From: Peribolospora baueri
Lineage: Eukaryota
DNA length: 64,000 nt
Direction: 5' to 3'
Assembly (NCBI GenBank): GCA_029717555.1
Contig: JAMDHS010000010.1
Location: 62,001 to 126,000, forward strand
A program made the position numbers and the translations under genes. Within the stretch, counting starts at the first letter, position 1. The number at the start of each line of letters is the position of its first letter. Below are positions 54,301 through 64,000 of this stretch, piece after piece. The notes beneath the pieces were generated by a model, which worked only from the letters and a program-made list of their open reading frames with translations, searched no databases and had not been told where the DNA came from.

Positions 54301-56528
54301 GGCGGCGAGCCAGCGCGAAGAAGAGGGTCCGAGTCCTCTATGCGCGAGATGGGCGACATCGGATGAGTTCTTTTTTTTTTTGGTTTGGTTTTAAGTGGAC
54401 ATCGAAAGAAAGAGTCAAAGTCAGCACGACGACGGTAGCGAACAGGTGCCTGTAGAATGACGACTGGGACAGGAACGCACATCCTGTAGCCTCTCGCGAC
54501 GAGCTCAGTCTCCTGAACGGCCCCAAGCGCCTTGTTAGCCGTGACGTCAAAGTCCTGTGCGGCCTGAACGAGCCGTTCGACGCGCTTGAGGGCGCGGACT
54601 TGGAGCTGCGTTGACGTCGGTTTTACTGGGGTGACGAGAAGGTAAGAGACCGGGGAAGATTGGCGGCCGAGCTGGGCGATCGAAGTGAAGAGGGGGAGCT
54701 GGTAGTTCCGGAACATAAGGCGAGAAGGTGACGTCAGCGAGGGAGCTTGCGTGGCAAAGAGGCGGCCTCTTAGAGGGAGACGACGGAACACAGGCGTGCT
54801 CACCGATGGGTCCCACCATCCTTTGCGGACGGCGGTGAATCCGAGGATGACGAGCAGGAAGAGCCAGGTCACGGGCAAGACGATGAACGAGACGGCGAGG
54901 AGGAGGGCCTTTTCGGCGAGGCCCCATTGTCGGCGAAGGCTGGGCGACCGTGGCGTGGAAGTGCCCTCCATGACGGCCTCGCGGGACACGGTCGGCGGCC
55001 GCTCGTCAGCGCCCTCGCCCTCGGCCACGGCTCGCGCACCGCCTACGGCGGTGGCAGCGGCGGCCTCGGCAGCGATGCCAGAAGTCTCGTAGAGGGAGAT
55101 GGAGAGGGTGGGTGCGAGAAGGAAGGAGGTGCAGACGACGTATCTGAAGCGTTCGCTGAAGGCGTTGCGCTCGCGCGTCGGGGTCGCGTTACCCGCCGTC
55201 TGCGCGGAGGAATCGGAGCGGGAGAAGGGGAACGGGTGGGCGACGAGTGGTGAGGGAAGGCCGGAAAGAGATTCTCGGACAGGATTCGACGTTCGGCGAA
55301 GGGCGTTCTGAGACGACAGAGGATTCGAGATTATCAAAAGAGGAAGAGTCAGATACAGCACAGTGGACGCCCGCACGTTTTTCGGACAGACAGATCGATC
55401 GATTTCCAGCGGGGAAGAGAAGATGCGCACCATGAAACCGCGACCGACGGTGTCGACGGCGTCCCGAACGAGCTGCCGACTGTCCCTCTTGCCCGTCACG
55501 GACGGTGGCTGGCTGGCAACGCGCGAGCCGCCGGCGAGCTTGAGCTCCTTCATCCTGGGCGAGAAGGTCTCGGAGGGAGGGCGATCGGTGCCAGCGAGCT
55601 TGGCGAGCGTGGCCTGCCTCTTGCGGAGCTCGTACGCGTTGCGACCCGCCTCATCGAGCCCGTCCCTTCCGTCGTCCGTGGCGTCGTCCCAGTCGTTTCT
55701 GGGTATCGCTCCGACGTCCTCCTCCAGGTCCGTGTCGGTGATGTGACCGTCGGAATCGAGCACCCATCGACCGCTCTTGGTGCGTCGTCTCCGAGGAGTG
55801 CTACCACCGGCATCGACGCTTCTCCGCGATCGGCGATCAGAAGATCCGAAGAGGGCGGAGGCGGGCACGCGAGCGGTCAGATCACGCAGAGCGTCTTCCG
55901 AGGTACCTGATTCTGCGGGAGGGGGGATGGGCGAGTAAAAGAGAACAGAGGAAGGAGGTGAAAGGCGGGCGTCAGAGACGATAAGACTTTGGAAAAAAGA
56001 GGCGTCCTTATGCAGGTGGCGGGTGGGGAAGGGACGTGGGCTCTCACTTTGAAGGTGATCGGCCGGCGGCTCGTCTTCATATATGACCGACTCGGCCATC
56101 TGACCTTGCCTGCTCCGACCTCGAAGCCAGCTATCGCTCCTGCTAAGGCCGAGTCCGATAGAGGTGCCCTTCGCCGTCTGTATCCTTCTGGACCGGGTTC
56201 GAGACCTGGACCTGCTGGAGGCGCGCTCGTAGTCTGAGGAGTCGTCGCCAGAGGAGCCGGGTCTGGGGGAGTGGTGCTCGATGTTGAGGGCGCAGAGAAG
56301 GCAAGGGATGGTGCTCTCGCTGTGCTCGTCGCCGAGATGGGTCCTGGAGGGTGTGGCGGGAGGTGCGCCGAGGGAGGTCCTGCGATTGCGGTTGCGGGTG
56401 AGAGTGAGGAAGGGCGCGGGGGAAGCGGTGGGCGGGGCGGGGAACTGGGAGATGGTGGGAGGGGAGGAGAAGCGCTTTTGCTTGCCGACGGACGGCGTCG
56501 GCGACGACCTTGGAGACCTTGGAGCCAT
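51378..56528 (-). CDS. Vezatin-domain protein (VezA-like)
   Basis: FSERFRYVVCTSFLL, a TM segment, LVQAAQDFDVTANKALGAVQETELVARGYR|ITHPMSPISRIE, LHTYRRRTLCHLLAL, EQVFEA, KMTREERI and MVAELKDVI match the motif order I recall for fungal vezatin proteins; three probable introns. Confidence 0.75.
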   Translation of the reverse strand: MAPRSPRSSPTPSVGKQKRFSSPPTISQFPAPPTASPAPFLTLTRNRNRRTSLGAPPATPSRTHLGDEHSESTIPCLLCALNIEHHSPRPGSSGDDSSDYERASSRSRSRTRSRRIQTAKGTSIGLGLSRSDSWLRGRSRQGQMAESVIYEDEPPADHLQSESPRPFPTRHLHKDASFFQSLIVSDARLSPPSSVLFYSPIPPPAESGTSEDALRDLTARVPASALFGSSDRRSRRSVDAGGSTPRRRRTKSGRWVLDSDGHITDTDLEEDVGAIPRNDWDDATDDGRDGLDEAGRNAYELRKRQATLAKLAGTDRPPSETFSPRMKELKLAGGSRVASQPPSVTGKRDSRQLVRDAVDTVGRGFMVRIFSSPLEIDRSVCPKNVRASTVLYLTLPLLIISNPLSSQNALRRTSNPVRESLSGLPSPLVAHPFPFSRSDSSAQTAGNATPTRERNAFSERFRYVVCTSFLLAPTLSISLYETSGIAAEAAAATAVGGARAVAEGEGADERPPTVSREAVMEGTSTPRSPSLRRQWGLAEKALLLAVSFIVLPVTWLFLLVILGFTAVRKGWWDPSVSTPVFRRLPLRGRLFATQAPSLTSPSRLMFRNYQLPLFTSIAQLGRQSSPVSYLLVTPVKPTSTQLQVRALKRVERLVQAAQDFDVTANKALGAVQETELVARGYRMCVPVPVVILQAPVRYRRRADFDSFFRCPLKTKPKKKRTHPMSPISRIEDSDPLLRAGSPPPILRSTSPPPISRPMSPPLTRRVSGRFSPAPTSPSVYGRHSPVDGGPHGNVPRRLALLRRLLSQSLQGAEAACRTATVELAPLVEEDELDLLIEMYGVETDGAFLDDSPHDALPPSVLGDVCRPVPSTWSSTSFSSSYGRPDGDQTWTAGGLDRRMSGAGAQVRSPNSVTSPRTGLRRLSLESSSGWSSSGNEDRRRSGPMGGLGSPVLSPSDGVRSPRLSYVRSEPDEDVVMLDDEMHGRRSSGVSSSAGSISGGSGDKRRSQRLSYISTGSGRSRPSSIVYNSPSSRASPVVATPNTPSRAAAPSLPSLTSPTRRDSAARYMPPRHPVATTTAATAAAAATAPADPYSLSSLKSSFHTLHTYRRRTLCHLLALNFGGEGAVGEEEEMRGAYWAMVGKVVQQLLEALVEVKKDVARAVEREMAVDLGAGLAAEEKLKESRYHGAVDAHLLPVTPVSPKGGGGGGGTFSRPSVIGVFPPTPTSATRPGEGHPTTTYDPDSLLLPGARKDFAPSNAASAASAVEDSLRGGPYSLEGRLGAMSAALRSVQVKLRVCADDLRLQHPSPLHGEEVAPLGVVPARAADEESAEAIFESVREDLLALTREWEGGRAALRKARADAYERNKKKETQEAEERLARMTPLTEDLMAPSSAGGSSGRRGGRPESGGSTTDSSDSQPPSSTSSYLPHPVSSSSFETERTATNRSATSSDATAKKAGGGGAESDADSLDHDLSALLLESTSPNFLPPPGLEQVFEAVAGLARGTDVEGKEKMTREERIQSIKASRLREAEKKRRNGGEAGPALLGEGERATDTIDSTTTTSMVAELKDVIGALRQRRGQPGATASPAEPSLSSSPSLASNTATPHSAATPLPNLTSGRPNRPSKSSARSSPVPPASSSSSPSPSPSPTLLAPMRSSMAADGNDSVLLSLREEMAAARLVAGRTVGTPEVVQEVTEDEDDGDGDGEAGFATGDEGD

Positions 56529-56905
56529 GGGGGGGTGGGAGGGGGTATGGAAACGGAGGAATGGAGATAGGGATAATGATATGATTGATGAGTGTCTGTC
56601 GTCCGCCAAACGGGGAAGGCGAGCCTGCCCAGGAACGGGCGGGCGTAGTGCGCCGCGATCGAGGGGGAAGAATGGGAAGCGGGGCGGAGTAGGGTAGGTG
56701 TCGAGGACGACGTGTGACCTTGGTCAGTCACGCCGCCAGGTCGGTCGGTTGGTCGAAGAGGAGACGAGACGAGTCGAGTTGAGTCGAGTCGAGTCGAGAC
56801 GGAGTACGAGGGAAAGGAAAGAAGGTGTAGAAGGGAGCGTGGTGGTGGCGGCTGGCGGTCACGTCCAAACGCGGCGAGCGCGGGATGAGATGGGATGGAA
56901 TGGGA

Positions 56906-56990
56906 GGAGGAGGAGAAGGAGAAGGAGAAGGAGAAGGAGAAGGAGAAGGAGGAGAAGGTGAGGAGGAGGAGGAGGAGGAGGGGGAGGAAG
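56906..56990. repeat. Polypurine (GGAGAA)n/(GGA)n tract upstream of the vezatin-like gene
   Basis: Tandem GAAGGA and GGA units; reads as a CT-rich leader on the minus strand. Confidence 0.9.
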
Positions 56991-58696
56991 GATGGTGGAG
57001 AGGGAGCAAGGTATGGGTGGACGAGGCGATGGCGACGGCGACGGCGATGGAATGGAACCGGCGGACGAGGCGAGCCGAGGCGAGCCTAACCGAGTCGAGC
57101 CGGCGCTTCTCTCTCTGCTTTGACTTGCGGCTACGGCTGGCTAGACCTTGTTCCTTCTCGGGTCGCGGTGGGAGAAGCCGTCGGTCGGCGAGGGAAGGAA
57201 CAGGAACGAACGAGTGCGATCTTCCATCTTCCACACGGAAAGCGGGGCAACGAGGGACGACTGGCGGACTGACGTACATGAACCTCGCACACGGCGAGCG
57301 AGAGCGCCGACGCCGACGCCGACGCCGACTCGACTCGACTCGACTCAACTCGAGTTGTACTCTCCATCCCATTCCACCCACCCTGCGCTCGGCGTCGTCG
57401 AACGCGACTCCGAGCACGGAAGAAGAAGGGCAAGATGCAGCGACGGCCACAGCGTCCTCACAGCTCGGGGCGGAGGTGGTTCCTAACTAACTAGTCCGCC
57501 ATCCATCCCAACCCATCCCATCCCATCCCATCGCACCCGCTCGCCCGTCCGCCGGACCAAACACGACTTATTAACCGACTACATACAAGCCAGCGCTCGC
57601 TGTATGTATTGTATGTATGATACCTCGGAATCGGAACCTCGGCCGGTCGTGTCCATGCTCTTCTTGCCCTTCCCTTCCCTTTCTTCCCCCCTTTCCCGAT
57701 TTTAAAGCCTTTTTTTTTCCGTGCAGCATATCCACACCGACGTCGACCGGCGCGGCGGCGCCCCCAAGCGCAAGCGGCACTCGCTCGTGACGCGATCGAG
57801 GGAAGGTCCGCGTCCGGCTACGGACGACGAGACGGACATGACGGTAAGGAAGGAAGGAAGTTATTATAAGGGCTCACACAGTCCGGGAAACAAGCAAAGT
57901 AAAGAAAAGTCTCGCATCAAGCCTAACTAATCATAAAAGCGTTCCCGACCGACCGACCGACCGACCGACCGACGGACCAACGCAGGCGGCGCGGCGCCGA
58001 GGGCGTTCGACGGAGGTTATTCTTTCCCTTCCTTCTTCCTTTCCACCCTTCCTTTTTCTTTGGGACGCGGCGTCAGCGGCTCCAATGGCAAGCGATGAGA
58101 TGCAAATTGAGTGGCGTCGCGTATATTCGTCCGTCCGTTCGTTCGTTCGTTCGTCCGGCCTGGTGACGAACGACGAGTCCATCCATCCATCCATTCCCTC
58201 TCCGCTCGACCGTCGCGCTACACACGGCAGCTCGCTCGCTCGCTCGCTCGCGAGATGTGTCCTCGGATATGTTGTTCTCGGGGGCCAGACGAGTAGTAGG
58301 AAGATGGGGTATATATATATGTAGATAGATGGACCGCCCAGGCCAGCCATGGATGGATAGACCAAGCCAAGCCAAGGACAGACAAAACAGACAGATGAAG
58401 AAACAGGCCAAACAAACAAGTCTTCGAATCGAGTCGAGTTCGACGACGAACCAAGGGCCTTTTTTGGATTTCGTCTAGTCTCTAAACTAACGGGTGAAGG
58501 GAAGAAGGAGAAGGGAAGGAAGGATGCGGAGGAGGAAGGAGGAGGAGGACCGACCAGGACGATGAGGACGACGAAAAGGAAGAGGGAGCAAAGCGGTGAC
58601 TCGGCAGATGATGAACGATCGAATATGTACGGCGAGACGAGAGAGAGACGCTCGAGCCGAGAGAGGGAGGGAGAAACCCTGCGCGTGGAGTCGAAC

Positions 58697-58723
58697 GGGG
58701 GGGGGGGGGGGGGGGGGGGGGGG
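58697..58723. repeat. Poly-G homopolymer (27 nt)
   Basis: Uninterrupted G run. Confidence 0.9.
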
Positions 58724-59154
58724 AGCGATGAACAGGACGTAGATGCGGAACGAAGGTGGTAAGTAGTGAGAGCGGAGAAAGGGAGGATTAAAGAGGGCGA
58801 ACGAAGGAGGGAGGAAAAGAAGGAAGCAAGAAAAAAAGCCTGACCAAGGTGGGGGGAGGGGGGGCGACGGGACCGAGGCAAGCCGAACCGAACCGAACCA
58901 AACCGAACCGGGGTTTGCATACGAACGACTCCAGGGCGGGAGATCGAACGAACGGCAAGCGGGTAAAGAGTCCGAAGGGGCAGAGAGGCATGAGGGGGAG
59001 GGGGTAGCTCGGAAACGAAGAGGGAGGGAAGGAAGGGATAGCGAGAGTCGAGAAAGGAATAGAGAGATCAGGGAAAGACGGGCGGAGACAGAGACAGACG
59101 AACACGGAGAGAAAAAGAGAAAAGAAAAATGCGACGCCAGAGGACGTGTGCTCG

Positions 59155-62100
59155 CTAATCGACGTGCTTGACGGGGTGAAGCAACACCGGATTGCGGCAC
59201 ACGCCCTTACGGTCCTTCCATCCCAGGTACAGCTCTCTGCTGTGCTTGCCATCGTAGTAGAAACTCGAGTCGCGCATCGTCACCTCGTTGCTCGGGCGGT
59301 AAAAGTCGTGAGAGTTGATCCTCGACGCCAGAACCTCCGGGTCCCAGATGTGTCGGAAGTAGACGGGGATGGGCGCGTAGACGCCCTTGAAGGGGAGTAC
59401 CTTGTTAGCCACGTAATGCTGCGTGTACACCTTGTGGGGCGGGAACGAGTTGTTGTAGGCCGGCTTGAGATGAGAATGGTGGACCACCGTCGTCGGCCAT
59501 CCCTCGCAGTGCATCGAGCGTTTACTCTCCGCATTGATGTTGCTCATGGCGTCGAGCAGAGCTCTGCTCAATCGCATGTTCGTACCGATCGCAGCTCTTC
59601 GGTCCGTGTCGCGACCCATGGGGTAGCCTAAGTAGTAGGGCGGGAACGGGAAAAAGCGCACGTCAGCATCATCCTCATCCTGCTTCAGTTTAGCCTCCTC
59701 GTCTCCCTCACCTTGCACGTCATGCTCCCAATACCATCCGGAAGCGCGAGGGTCAAAGATGGGGTTATACGTGATCATGTCGGCCTCGACGCCACGTCCA
59801 ACGTTCTTGCTCGCGTTGTAGGCCCAGTTGGCCTCGCTCCTCGTGTCGTTGAGCACCTGCCACTTTGCATACTTGATCATGCCAATGTCCAGAGGCTCCT
59901 CGTGGGCAAACGCTGTGGTGGCGACGAGAGTATGGTCTCAGCATCAAGGGGGCCAAACGCTGGCGACTCTCAGCGCGGGAGCTCATGCTCACCTTCGGTA
60001 GCCCTGAAGAGCTCGGCATAGTCGCCGATATACCTCGCGTCCATCTCCCAGTTCCACACATAGTCGTACTCGGGATGGTCGAGGGAAAACTTTTGAACGG
60101 CCATGAGACACGCACGGTACGAGCTCTGAGCAATCATGCCGTTCTTGTAGCGTCCGCCGAGGCCGGGGTAGAGCGCACAGAGCTGGGGAGTGGACCAAAG
60201 CTCGACGAGACCCCAAAACTCGCGAGGGACCTCCTTGGAGAGCAGCTCGAGCCTGGCGGCCTCCGAGGTGAAGATGGCGTACGGACTGTGGACCTCCATG
60301 AGGATGTGCACCGTCCATTGGTGCGTGGGGAGCTGGTGGAGAGAGACCTCGTTGATGAGTGCGCGCAAGTTGAGCACGTCGTCCTCGCGCTGAAGAAGGG
60401 GGGAAGACGAAAGATGCGAGTCAGCGAGGAGGCGAACGAGCGCGATGGTAAAAGAAAAGAAGACATCGCCAGCATCCCTCACCCAGATGAAACCTTCGTA
60501 GCTCCTCAACACGATAGCGGTCCTCGCCACCTTGGCCTTGTTGCTGGACCTCTTGCCGCCGCCGTAGGTGCCGTACGGGTCCTCGGCATCGAACTCGACG
60601 TCCCGCTCGGGCTCGGGTTCGGCATCGTGCTCGTCAGCGCGCTTGAAATGATTCGTGACAACCTGGGCGGCGGCCACCTTTGCGTCGGCAGTCTGATGGC
60701 AAGCCTGCATGATGTTCCACCAGTCGGGCCAGCTGTCCGGACCGAGGACCTCGGCGAGCTGGTTGGTGCGGAGGAGGTGGGCGCGATAATCCGAGTCGGA
60801 GTACTTGCCTTTGGAACCGGTGCCGGCGGAGGAGGAGGAGGCGGTGGTGTAGATGCCGAGGGCCTGTTGGGCTTTGACTTGCTGCTTCCAGAGGGTCTTG
60901 AGGCCGGTCAAGGAGCTCTTGGCCCACGCACGGCCCTTCCTCTCCCTGTCCTTGCGCTCCTTCTTCTGCTGTTCGGTCTCGACCTTGAGGGACAAGGTCT
61001 TGTTGTCGTCGTCGAAGCCGTATGTGTCGTCGACCTCGGGACTCTGACCGGCGCCTTCCTCTTCTAGCACCTTGTCTTCCCATCCCTCGCGCTCCTTGCC
61101 GGCGCCGAGACGGTACTTGACGTCGAGGGCCTGATCGTTGTACATGCCCAGGCGGCCCTCGTAGGTGAGGCAGCGATCGGGGTTCATGATGGAGAAGTAG
61201 TGACCGACTTGGTGGTGCGGGTGGTCGGGCGGGGTGGGGAAGTAGGCGTTGGGGATGGGGATCGCCTCGCCGTGAGCGGCGGGGCAGGCCATGGGGACGC
61301 TGAGGTCGGGCTTGAAGGTGTGTGACGTGGGGGCGTCGTAGACGGGCGGCGGCGGGGCGTCATCGGCGATCCCATGCGGGGAGGTGGTGGTAGACGGACG
61401 GGAACCATGGAGGAAGGCGGCTGGCAAGACGGGGTAAGGGTCGACTCTGAGAGGGAGACGAGATAGAAGGGTGGCGTCAGCGCGCAGGTCGTTTTCCTTA
61501 TCGGTCTCGCGCGACTGACCTGGTGAGCGAGGCCATTCGCCAGTCCTTGCGGGCGGCCTTGACGATGGCGAGGACGGAGAGGGCGGCGAGGAAGAGGTAG
61601 AAGAGGAAGACCTTCCATTTCCGCCGTTGGAAGGCGCCAGGAGTACGATTGCCCTTGAGGGGAGGGCTGTTGGGGCCGTTGCCGAAGAGCTCCTGGGCGG
61701 CGGCGGGGAGGGTGATCTGGTAGTGGCGAAGAGGGCCGAGGACGGGCCAGGTGAGAGGCGAGCGAGCGTACCAGGGGGAGCGCTTGGCGATGGGGGAGAA
61801 GGGTGCGGAGGGGCGAGAGGAAGAAGGGAGGGAGACGTCCAAGCTGTAGTACGAGGGGGGCGACTGGGGCCTTGAGTCGGGCGGCGTGGCCGAGCCGTCG
61901 TCCTGGGAGTGGCGCATGTTGTGGGGGACGGGCGAGTAAGGCCTCGAGTTGTGGTTGGAGGTGGTGAAGCCTGCGGGAGTGATGTTGGGCGTGCTGGGCC
62001 CGGACGGCGCGAGCTGGTGGACGTTGTTGGTCACGGGCGAGAGGGGCGCGTCCTCGGGGTCCGGCTCGCCGTCTCTCGGGACGCCGGAGCTCGAGCTGAG

Positions 62101-62157
62101 GAAGCCGGTGAGGCCCTTCTGGGACGGGGCAAGGCCGCGGCGGTGGATGGTGGACAT
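59155..62157 (-). CDS. DUF3405 family type II membrane protein
   Basis: N-terminal TM (VFLFYLFLAALSVLAIV), RTAIVLRSY, NLRALINEVSL, VPREFWGLVELWS, HPEYDYVWNWEMDARY, GVEADMITYNPIFDP, RLSRALL, LLHPVK; three introns. Confidence 0.82.
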
Positions 62158-63813
62158 GGAGGGGGCGGGCGACGAGCGAGGGGGAGAAGGAGGGGGAGGG
62201 GGAGGGGGGATTTACGGCCTCGTCTTCTTCTTCGCTGTCGTCGTCGTTGTCGTCGCCGTCGTCGTAGAGTGGTGTTGTCGTCTCGTCTCCCTCGTCGTCA
62301 GGAGGAGGCGGTGGGTGGTGAGCGTGGGCAGACGACGGCTAGCCTGGACAGAGACGCGGAAGGAAGGACGAACGGCGGTCGGTGGAGGGAGAGGGAGAGG
62401 GAGACGAGGACGACGACGACGACGACGGAGGGCGCCTGCGGTCGTCGGTCGGTCGGGTCGGGGTCGGGTCAACTAACCTGGCCTGGCGCGTCCAGTCGAG
62501 ACAGAGAAGGGGGAAAGAGTCCGCGATGACGATGACGGGGACCTGCGCGTGCGATGGGATGAGCCGCCGGCGAGGGCGAAGGCGGGGCGGGGAGGGGGAG
62601 ATAGAAGAAGAAGGGATTGGGGAATGGAAGGAGGAAGGAAGGGAAGAGGGATGGCGAGCAGACAACGACGTGGCGAGACGGCGGCGCTGGCTCGCTGGCT
62701 CGCTGGCTGACGAGGCGAGGCGTTAAGTCGGTAATCACAGTCGGTGAGCGAAAGGGGCGGCTGGCTGGCTGATGGGTGGAAGGAAGGAAGACGGGTGCTT
62801 AGCCCGCGCGTCGCTCGCTTCCTTCTTTCTTTCTTGGTCTGGCCGGCGTTTCCGTTGTTATCGATGGCGCGAAGGAGGGCGCGGCGACGGGGACGGGGTG
62901 AGAGGGCTTGATGAGCGTCGTGGACAGGAGAGGGAATGTCGAGGAGGGGCAAGAAGGAAGAAGAAGAAGAAGTCGTCTGTCTCTCGCTCTCTCTCTCTCT
63001 CTTTGCCAGTCTGTCACTGTCGGTCTGTCGGTCAGTCGGTAGGTCGGTCGGTCGGTCGGCGCCGGACGGCGGCTGGCGGATGGATGGCGTTTGGGCGGAG
63101 GCGAGCTGGCGCGCTGCAAGTCGGTCGACGTGCGCTGCGAGCCAAAGCCGGAGGGCAGCGACGAGGCGGGGGCGAGGAAGAAAAGAAGCAAAAGAAAGCA
63201 AAAGAAAAAGAAAAAGAAAAGAAAACAGGGGACCAAGCCTGTTTCGTAGCCCGTACTTACCCGTGCCCGTAAGAAGCCGCACTGGTCTCGAGTGGGGTGC
63301 GCGGAACGAGCGGACGGGGAGGTACATACAAACGACAAAATACAAATGCAGATTACATACATACAATCACGAACACAAATAACAAACACCACCGACGCCA
63401 CCGTCACGCTACTACTGCGCCGCCCACTTACTGTACATCTCTATCTCTATCTTTATCTCGCCGCCGAGCCAACTAGAAAATCAACCGACCGACGTTTATT
63501 AGCTGCTGGCTCCAGTCATCCATCCGCCCGCCGTCACGGTCACGGTCACGGTCACGCTCGCGGTTTCAATTCAATATCATGGTCACGCTACACACGGGCC
63601 CACCTTCTATATGTACGTACACCACCACACCCCGCGCACGCCATCTGCATGCGAGCCATTAGAATCCATCCCGCCGAATCGACACGTCGAGACGTGTGAT
63701 GTGCGAATGGAAAGAGAAAAAGGAAAGCTGTCGCCGCTCTAGATACATTGGCAAATAGACACATAGACAGACCATCCCACCGTACGGTATCGCATAGCAT
63801 CGCATTGCACGAG

Positions 63814-63862
63814 GCCAAGCCAAGCCAAGCCAAAGCCAAAGCCAAAGCCAAAGCCAAGCCAA
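63814..63862. repeat. (GCCAA)n/(GCCAAA)n microsatellite
   Basis: Tandem pentamer and hexamer units. Confidence 0.9.
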
Positions 63863-64000
63863 GGCTAATTAAGTAGCCGATTCCACCCGCTTAACCTTAC
63901 ATAAGTCGATCGTTTTTACGTTTTTCTTCTGCGCCGTCTGCCTATACCCTCCCTTCCTTCTTCGATCCCCCCCTTCTAGCTTCCACGCCATCAGCCTGCA

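Overview
Eukaryotic, intron-rich, GC-rich fungal DNA, most likely a basidiomycete (inferred from GTGAG-type donors, CTRAC branch points, and the presence of muskelin, DUF3405 and vezatin genes). It holds about 18 protein-coding genes: the 3' end of a partial gene, an Fpk1/Kin82-type AGC kinase, a TVP38-like protein, a 1-Cys peroxiredoxin, ATG1 head-to-head with SKI3, a disordered unknown protein, a bacterial-type erythromycin esterase, muskelin, OST5 (missed by the ORF track because its exons are short), a peroxisomal enoyl-CoA isomerase, an ALR/CorA Mg2+ transporter, a small putative mitochondrial protein, a stand-alone MoaC, a coiled-coil protein, a vezatin-like protein and a DUF3405 protein. 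Most other ORF-track entries are shadows of GC-rich or microsatellite DNA. The most unusual part is a ~4 kb island (36.5-40.6 kb) with no recognisable intact gene. It contains a ~1 kb duplicated unit (50-bp motif array, TATA, short ORF, conserved intron), a cluster of G-U-compatible hairpins, 20-bp and 188-bp tandem repeats, and an in-frame mitochondrial cox3 fragment (NUMT) flanked by a 6-bp direct repeat. A 719-bp pogo/Tc1-mariner-like relic with TIRs and a TA target-site duplication lies upstream of MoaC. I cannot demonstrate a new biological system from sequence alone; the island is the best candidate. Family calls come from recalled motifs, not database searches, and exon boundaries were read by eye.
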